Below, in pieces: positions 57,801 through 64,000 of a stretch of 64,000 nt of DNA (positions are counted from its first letter, which is position 1; every line of letters starts with the position of its first letter). This DNA is from a virus. The DNA is taken from IMG/VR virus record IMGVR_UViG_3300021599_002733. The stretch is one strand, 5' to 3'. Both the position numbers and the translations under genes were made by a program. The notes below the pieces were generated by a model that worked only from the letters and a program-made list of their open reading frames with translations, was not told the DNA's origin and did not search any database.

Positions 57801-57906
57801 ATAGAGAAGTATTGACATCAAAAGTAGATATCAAATTTGTATCTTGAGATTCATATAACTGAGTAGTTAAGTCTTGGGTGTCTATTTGTACTATTTCTAC
57901 TGCCAT
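51832..57906 (-). CDS. Large baseplate wedge/arm protein (2024 aa)
   Basis: IPEYL..FIDMVAQHFD and LLKSKGT..GLRALI..YG (gp7/P2 gpI-like), FVPAR; LamG-like middle region; baseplate synteny. Confidence 0.75.
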   Translation of the reverse strand: MAVEIVQIDTQDLTTQLYESQDTNLISTFDVNTSLSSSSYIEYFIYDLNQNLLSTEYNFTQYTVLNDGQSAGSDGVLSQITINPEQNLINNGFTQGAYISYYNFLNKQIGSDIEQLYIAEISSDRTEIRLDSTVLSNQDIVEKTNAFIQQREDSTYFLDFYLNFGDNILFIANNIALDNQDPNNPTILIKLYEPLPEDFLVNSTLWVVSSVEEPIAYQVSFIEEPIVFNDTLRIKGPNFNIDLKDQVNNSTQELSYTDLVTTSLTSSQNQINSLLEEKEIDINIDYTTFSDYIHFSSAQTRLENFYYKVSLIEQYSSSIAILNTTNSSSIAVSESSAVLESKINNIITNFDGWDYYLYYTSGSWAWPKTNTEPPYQLATTGSVDVLNWFGSTNEYSPQYGGIILSASLYDENNKDNLLFSIPEYLREDPNNEPYELFIDMVAQHFDNIWIYYKDVTQKFNADNRLESGISKDIVADAIRDFGIKLYQNSFSNNDLYTAFLGLTPEGGLFPFPNITGSLPTPSGFEYIDTLVSASNDYIPLDDVNKSLYKRIYHNLPYLLKSKGTLPGLRALITSYGIPDTILRINEYGGKDKVDSNDWDYWQNEFNYAYSTEENNFISSSWTLNNDWNSPDDVPSTLAFRFQTPGLPTANIRYSQSLWSNDSGSAVTLRYTGSAYSTGSYSGSIIDPYYQYATLEFYPDVANITVTASVYLPFFDGGWWSVMVNRSGSEFTLNASNKIYEGGNNGTILGFYESSSITGNDIPWANSSTSYFPISFSAATVSGYDIVTYDNTAIYDGTGSLAGSYEPFSGSYQEIRYYTTVISSSVFKDYTMNPYSIEGNFLNSTPNELAFRASIGGEFFTESISIHPKVTGSWVITQSFPTDSNFYYDLTPIFKPNTEYLFFDQPVAGIKNAVSDKIRLENDNLPSGSTLSPFRRLAQTTEASASYTPNINLLEVAFSPQDEINDDINSSIGYFNIGEFIGDPAFRSSRLTSYPNLDKLRNEYFEKYTKNYNLNDFIRLIKFFDNSLFKMIKDFVPARTSLASGVVIKQHLLERNRYPEPQVSWEDLDISGTIKSTQVWDPISQSSYISHSLIEEFSGGTAGMFEPFNYASNTSQNWNETYSTPSGSITILHDSQDEFYNGEFSGSIIIVTTGSLNQPYPLSLSEFEYTPIVYRNGLYGQTNFSTLTEEQFLNTSTQPQSGEMLIMIPRWRIVPPLLNVVRREAFIKISKLDCNGNNNSIPLGQINNLLIKYTSNSTYTNYQVLDISEFQTYYLYRINNQDVDLAGAGMDNEVKNYYVSSSITSSQTLPLVIAPQAFPLSGKLDPWDTSLGNIAHYGTPYFQTSSGYFTPENTPNIPLQITASIRTSGSAGSFRLMLDRQGEYSALSFLPISAGSNTTTTITASYYGVQGDKLYLRAYTANILNPNLTLLSSNILITQSITPTASVCDHVIFEPYITTANFYNSDENAIMNNVFEDRISTTFQDVDYSSGILVPTNFDLIIEGDAQRAAVQDSNYTLLRHTNPRYNGSKSTSQRLNQWTSGDSGTYGKLPTVDTLKTWVAYAETIGGYTPDRMDCSGIIVKYLIDQNGNVDIPNTTENSLSNIQGTFQTGERLIINTDSIGSGESSYRNIFKGGYRIEPILYTQIGHTPPNWTSSINLYNSEIVQTITDNTCVSTLNTYSSINTGQSIFYTEHYIGQYQGFSPSSSAGWSILYDAGNNRSIDWQYNVDNDTIIEGVNLIINAQIGLARYNSVDPSPTTVQINLYKNNGGDIISTKFETLTPGQKKAVPFYIELTPDIDFTSTDEFYFGVFQIDGPEENTGYGTTLQVTSVNPPTFFNISQDPLPSPSQIIPVGTSSIWNYPTSSTYNQVSSSQAGIIYIPEVTSSLNSYYNLPGIRQQNISGSGFENITLDWSIKVGDEFRFEGKENRTYIVKKVFTPTNQSPERISNTGSVEVHLNSALPSSSINLDHFLIRRYIDDAATIIFEGLKPGNSQGPYIIRPEFVVPALNKDLDSFIVDLTQKGLL

Positions 57907-58268
57907 TATTGTGGGTTAGCTAGTGGGGTTCCTGTTTGTAATTCTATTATTCGTTTTTGAGCGTCAAGTAGTTCAGTTCTTAATTGAGCTATTTCAGCTT
58001 GTAGAGCTTGTATTTCTTCATTATTTGCATCAAATCCAATATATTCACTACTTTTTTTAATTAAATATTCATGTGAATTTGCATCACCTGTTTCAGGAAT
58101 ATCATAGAACAAATCATTATACATTAAAAAAAATTCGTTAACAGTAGGCTGTTGTGCTAACTGTTGTTGAATAGTTTGAACACCTAGTTGTTTGAAAGAG
58201 GTGTCAATGATTTTTTGATAATCATTTTTATTATATACCTGTTTATTTAATTTAATATTTTCACTCAT
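57906..58268 (-). CDS. Small baseplate-region protein with coiled-coil tail
   Basis: Overlapping start/stop in the baseplate operon. Confidence 0.65.
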   Translation of the reverse strand: MSENIKLNKQVYNKNDYQKIIDTSFKQLGVQTIQQQLAQQPTVNEFFLMYNDLFYDIPETGDANSHEYLIKKSSEYIGFDANNEEIQALQAEIAQLRTELLDAQKRIIELQTGTPLANPQ

Positions 58269-59401
58269 CAGTTAATGACTTTAAAATAATATTGATCATC
58301 AAAAATAAGTGTAGAACCATTAATTATAGTCTTGATTAAAATCGCATAATATCTTTCTGGTTCAAGTCCATTCATGTAAATATCAAAATAATTCCCACTA
58401 GCATCAGAGCTAATTTGAGTATATTGAGTATCAAAGTTAATAATAAACTCATCAGTATCCAAGTCTTTTACAGCATAGAATGAAGAAGTAGGTAAAAAAT
58501 TCAAATCTACAAAGTAAGATGAAGTTTGGTATACACGTGTAGGGTATAAAGGGCTTGAATTAACTCTAAATCTATTTACACTATCAGTATAAAATACTCC
58601 AGGATTTTCGTTTAAAGCTAATTTTAGGTTAGTTGTAGTAACTATACTACCTGTTAAAGAACCTGTTAATACTGTTGAATAATCTCTCCATCTAAATTCC
58701 AATTGTGGAGGATAAATTGTATTTGTATCAACACTATAGTATTTTGCTACAGGTTGAACATATTGGCTATTTGTAAATTCAACTGAGTCTTCCCATTTAG
58801 TTATAAATCCGTAATTTGGGATAGAGCCGCTATACCATTTATCTACAATAGTTTTTACGTTTACATCTATATCCTTATCACTTCTTAATCCAAAAGATTG
58901 AGTTACTTTATATGATGGTACCCCAGACCCAGAATAAAACCAGTTACCTCCTCCTTGAGTTGAAAATGAGGGGTTAAATGAACTTGTATATAGTTCGGAT
59001 CCATTTGATCCACTAGCACTCCAAAGTCCTGATCCTGAATAGTTAGAGTATGTCCATGAAATTCCATCTTGGGTTTCAGGTGAATCACCAAATTCACCAG
59101 TTCCATTATTCCAATCTTGGGCAACTGGATAGATTTCAACATCATATTCTGAAGAGATTCCTTGGGCAGATGCTATAAATCCTTTAAAATGAACATCCCA
59201 AGTAGAGCCATTTATTTTATTATCGATTATATTTACTATTTCGTTGGAGTCAAATTGCGTTAAAAAACGAGCTACATCTGGGGTTCCTTCTGGGGTAATA
59301 GTATTATATATTTCGCTTATGGCATCCATTCCCGAGTTCATGCTCGGATAATAAGAGTATATGGAAGCATCCTTATAAGGGAATATTTTATAAACAGCCA
59401 T
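58268..59401 (-). CDS. Virion beta-sandwich protein (DNRLRE-like)
   Basis: KDASIYS, RFLTQFD, DWNNGTG, NYGFI, PQLEFRW. Confidence 0.6.
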   Translation of the reverse strand: MAVYKIFPYKDASIYSYYPSMNSGMDAISEIYNTITPEGTPDVARFLTQFDSNEIVNIIDNKINGSTWDVHFKGFIASAQGISSEYDVEIYPVAQDWNNGTGEFGDSPETQDGISWTYSNYSGSGLWSASGSNGSELYTSSFNPSFSTQGGGNWFYSGSGVPSYKVTQSFGLRSDKDIDVNVKTIVDKWYSGSIPNYGFITKWEDSVEFTNSQYVQPVAKYYSVDTNTIYPPQLEFRWRDYSTVLTGSLTGSIVTTTNLKLALNENPGVFYTDSVNRFRVNSSPLYPTRVYQTSSYFVDLNFLPTSSFYAVKDLDTDEFIINFDTQYTQISSDASGNYFDIYMNGLEPERYYAILIKTIINGSTLIFDDQYYFKVIN

Positions 59402-59416
59402 TTTTTATTATAAATA

Positions 59417-61267
59417 TTATAGAGGCACAACTTTCCCCTTAATATCTAAATTAGGATAACGAACTTCAAATATACTTGGATCTAGTGAAGGGTATATTAC
59501 TTGATTTTGAGTAGCACCCGTTATATCATATGCGTATGCTGAGTATCCTGATGATGTGCCTGCTTTATTTGAAATGTTAATATTTTTAACTGTTTGAACA
59601 CCTTTAACTCTATCTAATAGAATATAAAGATCTCTTAACATTATTGGTTGGTTGATTTGCCAATTATTGATGTTAAAATAGTTTTGCAAAGCAGTCACAC
59701 ATGCTAATAATACCTCATTATTGTTATATTCAGGTAAAACTATAATTTCAAAATTAATTCCAATATTAATAATATATGCGTCTCTTATTTCAATATTATC
59801 TCCAATTACTCTATATTGAGATAGATATGTTCTAAGATTCTTTTTTAACAAATCAGAAGCATAATCTAATTGCCCAGCTGCGTTTTGAGATAAGCAATAT
59901 AAATTAAGAGTTTCAATTGTAGAAACTTGCTCATCAGTTAATTTAGGTTGTTCAATATATGCTTTAGTAAGGGATCCATATTCAGAAGGCATACTCAAAG
60001 CACGTATTAAATAATCATCAGCTGTAACTGAACGTTGTTGGGAAGCAACTAATGCTAAAGTATTTTGTCTAATTTCCTCTATAGTATCTCCACCCTTACC
60101 ACCAGATGCCGCGTTAGGGTTAGTTGAAGCTAATGAATTGAATATGTAATTAGCTGTGGTAGGATTTAAATTTATGTTATTAAATTGAGAATTTGCTTTA
60201 TTTAAGTTAGTTAAAGTGTTAGCTGCTACATTTGAAGTAACACCCCCACCAGTTAAATATCTTACAGTCAATGTTGTATTTGAAGGTGAAATCCCATAAG
60301 TATTGGTATAAAGAAAATTAGCTGGTGAATATGCTGTTGTTAATTTATCTTTAATAAATGGTAACCCTAAACCTACATTATTTGGGTTTGGAGTAATTTC
60401 TTCATCGCTATCAGCTGTTGTTCCTGAACCAAATTGGATTTGTAAGTTATTTAAAGATGTAAAACGAGTAGCAAATCTTCTTTGTACTTTTTCTAATTTT
60501 AGAATATATGGAACTAAATTATTAACAACATTATTGGGGTCATTTATATTAGTATTTGATATAGGTTTATATACCATTTCTTGCCCTAGATGATCTACTT
60601 CATACCATACATTCCCATCAGAGTCAACTATATCTAAAATTCCTATAATATTTGCAGTAGAAATATTTATAGTTTGAAATGATTGTGGTTCATTAAAACC
60701 AAAAGTTTGTGTATTAACAGTTGCAGAAATAGCATTTCTACTTTTTTTCAATAAGAAATACTGGGGTGTATTCCCTGAAATTTGATAGACTGAAACTTCT
60801 GTAGGGTCTTGTGAACTGGAAACTGAAAAGTCTAGTTTATCTTGGATAATGAAAGGAGATCCGTTTTGGGGGGTAATTATTGAGTTTTCTCCAATGGTTA
60901 TAGCGTAATCATAATCAGGTATAACAGAACCACTAACTGTTTTAGCAGGTAATTGTTGATAAAAATCAATAGTGGATTGTGCTACTCCAGTTGTTTTTGG
61001 TTTATAACCAAACATATATGCTAATTCAAATACATTATTTGTTTGTTGAGCATATTGAATAAAATTTTCTTGGAATTGATTATCTAAATAGAAACTTAAA
61101 ACATCACCTACATATGAAGCTTGTTCCATGAATAACATCCCAGGAGATGCTGGGGAAAAGTCATTGTAAGTGTTAGGGAAGTAAGTTTTAGTATATTCAA
61201 TCAAACGTTGTCTGAAATCAGAAAAATCCCTGTTTATATATTTTATATCTCTATTAGTTGTTGCCAT
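59417..61267 (-). CDS. Baseplate wedge subunit (T4 gp6-like)
   Basis: RDFSDF..L, YVGDVLSFYLD, A..FGYKP, FGSG, ASGG...DTIEEIR, QQRSVTADDY. Confidence 0.92.
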   Translation of the reverse strand: MATTNRDIKYINRDFSDFRQRLIEYTKTYFPNTYNDFSPASPGMLFMEQASYVGDVLSFYLDNQFQENFIQYAQQTNNVFELAYMFGYKPKTTGVAQSTIDFYQQLPAKTVSGSVIPDYDYAITIGENSIITPQNGSPFIIQDKLDFSVSSSQDPTEVSVYQISGNTPQYFLLKKSRNAISATVNTQTFGFNEPQSFQTINISTANIIGILDIVDSDGNVWYEVDHLGQEMVYKPISNTNINDPNNVVNNLVPYILKLEKVQRRFATRFTSLNNLQIQFGSGTTADSDEEITPNPNNVGLGLPFIKDKLTTAYSPANFLYTNTYGISPSNTTLTVRYLTGGGVTSNVAANTLTNLNKANSQFNNINLNPTTANYIFNSLASTNPNAASGGKGGDTIEEIRQNTLALVASQQRSVTADDYLIRALSMPSEYGSLTKAYIEQPKLTDEQVSTIETLNLYCLSQNAAGQLDYASDLLKKNLRTYLSQYRVIGDNIEIRDAYIINIGINFEIIVLPEYNNNEVLLACVTALQNYFNINNWQINQPIMLRDLYILLDRVKGVQTVKNINISNKAGTSSGYSAYAYDITGATQNQVIYPSLDPSIFEVRYPNLDIKGKVVPL

Positions 61268-61269
61268 TA

Positions 61270-61674
61270 TTAAAATTGGATTTCTAGATTATCAGTAATA
61301 TTTGTGTTAATTACTGAGTATTGTAGGGTTACTGTTATTTGATTGGTATCTACTTGTCCAGTAACTGTTAAATCATTTACTTGAACATTTGGAAAATAGT
61401 TGATTAATTTGGAGTTAATATCTTCTCTAAGAAAATCTAAATTATCACTTGTAATTTGTTCAAAAATAAACGCTCTTAAACCACCACCAAATGTTGGATT
61501 TAAGTATCTTTCACCTGGGTTGGTTAAGAAGAAATTGATTAAGTTATTTTTTATAGCATCCTTAGTTAAGTAATTTGATTTAAAAACCGCATTACCATTA
61601 AAAGGAATGTCAACCCCAACCGCCTTACTAGCGTTTAAATCAATTGGATATATTTGTTGGGGATTAAATGCCAT
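61270..61674 (-). CDS. Baseplate wedge/sheath initiator (gp25-like)
   Basis: IKNNLINFFLTNPGERYLNPTFG..L..FIFE. Confidence 0.93.
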   Translation of the reverse strand: MAFNPQQIYPIDLNASKAVGVDIPFNGNAVFKSNYLTKDAIKNNLINFFLTNPGERYLNPTFGGGLRAFIFEQITSDNLDFLREDINSKLINYFPNVQVNDLTVTGQVDTNQITVTLQYSVINTNITDNLEIQF

Positions 61675-62012
61675 TATCTATTACTCATTAAATTCATTAT
61701 TTGATCCATCCCTAATTCACCTTCAGGTAAAGAACCATTTACAGGGTCTGCGTTTACTCCAGGGTTAAATCTTGATACATCTTTTGAGGTAAAACTTAAA
61801 GCAGTTTCTCCTAAAACATCCATATAGGCTTGTCTTTTATCCATTGTAATAGGTGGAATTGAAGGGGATGTAGTTGGAGCAGGAGTGTAAGACTCATGTA
61901 CGATTACGGGTTTTGGATTTTTAACGGCTTCCAATAAAATGTCCTTCAATTCTTCTTGAATTGCTTCTTTAACAGCTTCTTTAATAAATTTTTTAAGTTC
62001 TGTTGCTTTCAT
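61674..62012 (-). CDS. Hypothetical protein
   Basis: MKATELKKFIKEAVKEAIQEEL leader; late-type motif 5 nt upstream. Confidence 0.65.
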   Translation of the reverse strand: MKATELKKFIKEAVKEAIQEELKDILLEAVKNPKPVIVHESYTPAPTTSPSIPPITMDKRQAYMDVLGETALSFTSKDVSRFNPGVNADPVNGSLPEGELGMDQIMNLMSNR

Positions 62013-62030
62013 ATGGTTATAAATATTAAA

Positions 62031-63137
62031 TTAATCGGCTTTTAAATTATTTGTTTGTATATAAAATACAAGTTCATCTATCAATATCTGATCAATTGAG
62101 CTAAAAGACCACTCTCCTCTTAACATGACTACACCTTGTTTATTTCTAGCTATAGCTCTTCTACGTTTTAAAGGATTTTCTGTTGTTTCTGTTTCAACTC
62201 CCATTTCAAATCCATTTACGTTTGAATATACAGGTTGACCCTGTTGTGTTTGCTGTTGAGTAAGAGCAATTAATTCTGTTGATAATTGTTCTTGTGTTTG
62301 AGTAGAGTTAGGAGCACAATGTTGGATAAATTGATCCAACAAATTCAAATAATTTATAATTTCAGATAATGTATCTTTTAAAATTAATAAAGTTACTAAT
62401 GTTACTTCTACTACAGTTTTATATTTTTTAATCTGTTTATCAATAGTACTAGATGTTTCTGTTACAGATGCAGGTACAGGTGTGGGGTTTAAAAGAATTG
62501 CTTTAGAAGCAGTAGATAAAGTAACTATTAAAGCTTCTATAACAGTTAACGCTGTGGTAATTGTTGATATTGTTTTATAAGCTATATTTAATTGTTTAAC
62601 TAGTTTATTTTTTTTATTAATTATATCCGTTAATTCTTGTGGGGTAGGACATGAATTAGGGGTGGAGAAGTTCTTTGCTAGTGCTTCTTTAGCATTAGAT
62701 ACACCAAACTTTGCTATTAATTTTAATATTAAAGGTAGTAAGGTAAATGTTAATGTAGTTAATAGATTATTTAATTTTTTTTGTTGTAACGTTTCAAAAT
62801 TTGTTTTTGAAGCAGTAATAGCTTTTATAGAGGATTCTGGTAGGGATGCTGTTTTGGCTATTTGTTGGTTTAAATCTATTTGTAAAGGAACTAATTCAAT
62901 CACCCCCAAATCAGATTTTATATTATTATTTGAATCAAAGGGGAGGTATGTATAAGTAGCAAAATTTGATTTAGTGATAATTAAGTTAAATAAATCAATA
63001 TAACTCCCATTTATAGTAAAATTTCCACTAGAGTCACTGTAAACTACATTAGAGTTGACCTCAACTTTAGCCCCAGTAATAGGTTCATTATTGTAAGAGA
63101 TTTTCCCTTTTATATTATATGTTTTAGTATCTTCCAT
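62031..63137 (-). CDS. Protein with N-terminal carboxypeptidase-regulatory-like beta domain and hydrophobic helices
   Basis: IKGKI..NEPITGAKVEV...SDSSGNFTI; long amphipathic and hydrophobic helices. Confidence 0.55.
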   Translation of the reverse strand: MEDTKTYNIKGKISYNNEPITGAKVEVNSNVVYSDSSGNFTINGSYIDLFNLIITKSNFATYTYLPFDSNNNIKSDLGVIELVPLQIDLNQQIAKTASLPESSIKAITASKTNFETLQQKKLNNLLTTLTFTLLPLILKLIAKFGVSNAKEALAKNFSTPNSCPTPQELTDIINKKNKLVKQLNIAYKTISTITTALTVIEALIVTLSTASKAILLNPTPVPASVTETSSTIDKQIKKYKTVVEVTLVTLLILKDTLSEIINYLNLLDQFIQHCAPNSTQTQEQLSTELIALTQQQTQQGQPVYSNVNGFEMGVETETTENPLKRRRAIARNKQGVVMLRGEWSFSSIDQILIDELVFYIQTNNLKAD

Positions 63138-64000
63138 TAAGTAGTTTTAACTGTTTTAGATAAAATTTCAGTTAAAGTAGTTTTAATATTAGTTAATTGA
63201 GCTTTAACATTTGAGGAAGTAGTCATCATTCCTCCATCAGGTGCAGCTAAACCACCAGGCCAAAGTTGTTGTACTTCTAATACACTCACTAATGTAATTA
63301 ATGATTCTAGTACAATATCTAATTTATTGTATAATGTATCACCCATTACTCCACGCTCAATAGCGTTACTATCCCCTAAAAATATATTACTCGATTGAAT
63401 AACTGTTTTAGGCGCATCTATATTCACTGATTTGATTGAAGATAAACCAACTGATTGTTGCCCGCTAATTAATATATTGTCGGTTTTAGCGTTTAATATA
63501 ATTCTAGTTGAATTAAGAATTATTTGAGGTGAAGTAAATGTTTTAGGGTCTGGTGCTGATCCGTTATATGAGATTAGATTAGGTTGGGCTAAATTAAATG
63601 GTATCTTCTGGTTAGATGTTAAGTAAATAGAGGATAAATCATTGTTAATGTTTTCTGTAATGGGAATCCATCCTTCATCAGTTGAGTTAGTTGGTTGACC
63701 ATTCCTCAATATAGTGATAGGGTCACCATTATTTCCTCCTTCAGACCAATTGTTTTTATATTTACTTTGTGATTTAGAGGTAGAGCCAAAACGTAAACTA
63801 TTACCATATCTCCCCTCATGTATTATATCTCCTTCAAAGGGCATTAAAGGGTGTATGTTTGATTTTTCAACAAATGTTGCTTGACTAGGATTATCAAGAG
63901 AATTTACAACAATTTCTTGTGGTTGATTATCTACAATATTGATAGCTCCTGTCCCTATTTGAGTGTAATCTAAATTTTGAGATGCAGGGGTAATGTTTTG
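63137..64000 (-). CDS. Baseplate central spike/hub protein (gp5/gpV-like), 5' end beyond the window
   Basis: Frame is open from 64000; PFEGDII.EGRYGNSLRFG, beta-helix-like QIILNSTRIILNAK, VMGD.L, ILSKTVKT. Confidence 0.7.
   Translation of the reverse strand, partial: QNITPASQNLDYTQIGTGAINIVDNQPQEIVVNSLDNPSQATFVEKSNIHPLMPFEGDIIHEGRYGNSLRFGSTSKSQSKYKNNWSEGGNNGDPITILRNGQPTNSTDEGWIPITENINNDLSSIYLTSNQKIPFNLAQPNLISYNGSAPDPKTFTSPQIILNSTRIILNAKTDNILISGQQSVGLSSIKSVNIDAPKTVIQSSNIFLGDSNAIERGVMGDTLYNKLDIVLESLITLVSVLEVQQLWPGGLAAPDGGMMTTSSNVKAQLTNIKTTLTEILSKTVKTT

Larger units (their letters stand above)
14..62025 (-). promoter_or_regulatory. Dispersed late-type promoter motif, sense strand (A)TATTTATA
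   Basis: Plus-strand TATAAATA at 14, 1784, 4251, 5450, 9674, 20534, 21281, 29491, 34677, 42916, 51804, 59409, 62018; variants at 8719, 17656, 22835, 31426, 46944; each lies just upstream of a minus-strand start. Confidence 0.8.

Noticed and set aside
14-62025. TATAAATA as a canonical T4 late promoter driving plus-strand (antisense) transcription
   Set aside because: Copies sit at short distances upstream of minus-strand starts, and the inverted form lies upstream of the plus-strand operon; antisense activity is not strictly excluded
1296-62955. Many plus-strand and alternative-frame ORFs in the track (e.g. 14794..15603, 26550..27161, 6320..6688, 25218..25790)
   Set aside because: They overlap well-supported minus-strand genes and are antisense or frame shadows of repetitive, biased coding sequence, with no recognisable motifs
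1-64000. Stop-codon reassignment
   Set aside because: Core genes are full length and tightly packed under the standard code; TAA, TAG and TGA all end genes
1-64000. tRNA or rRNA genes
   Set aside because: Intergenic gaps are short and none showed a cloverleaf or T-loop consensus on inspection by eye

Overview
64 kb of the virion-morphogenesis region of a large, AT-rich T4-like myovirus. Almost every real gene is on the minus strand and the standard genetic code is used. From right to left it encodes: baseplate spike/hub (truncated at the edge), gp25- and gp6-like wedge proteins, a 2024-aa wedge protein and adaptors; a GIY-YIG nuclease, primase and exonuclease; about 20 small or multidomain proteins, many with amphipathic N-terminal leaders ending in L/I-x-E (probable head-internal cargo, including a kinase, a nucleotidyltransferase-peptidase and a HAD phosphatase); terminase, portal, prohead protease, scaffold, major capsid protein, a Hef-like endonuclease, PhoH and neck proteins; an accessory cassette (coiled-coil fibre, LRR protein, GT25, two sulfotransferases, DUF2827-like protein, J-domain protein); tail terminator, three fibre segments, a RaxST-like sulfotransferase and the tail sheath. 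A-rich starts lacking Shine-Dalgarno sites and an Hc1-like histone suggest a Bacteroidota host (inference). The most interesting observations, all hypotheses: (1) a possible virion glycosylation/sulfation system, with an [S/T]-G-S motif concentrated in exterior virion proteins; (2) fibre segments that appear to be chained by a beta-domain split between consecutive genes; (3) a capsid-targeting and polyprotein cargo system; (4) a promoter-like motif that is the reverse complement of the T4 late promoter; (5) a structured three-way-junction 5' leader. Family assignments come from motif recognition by eye, not from database searches.
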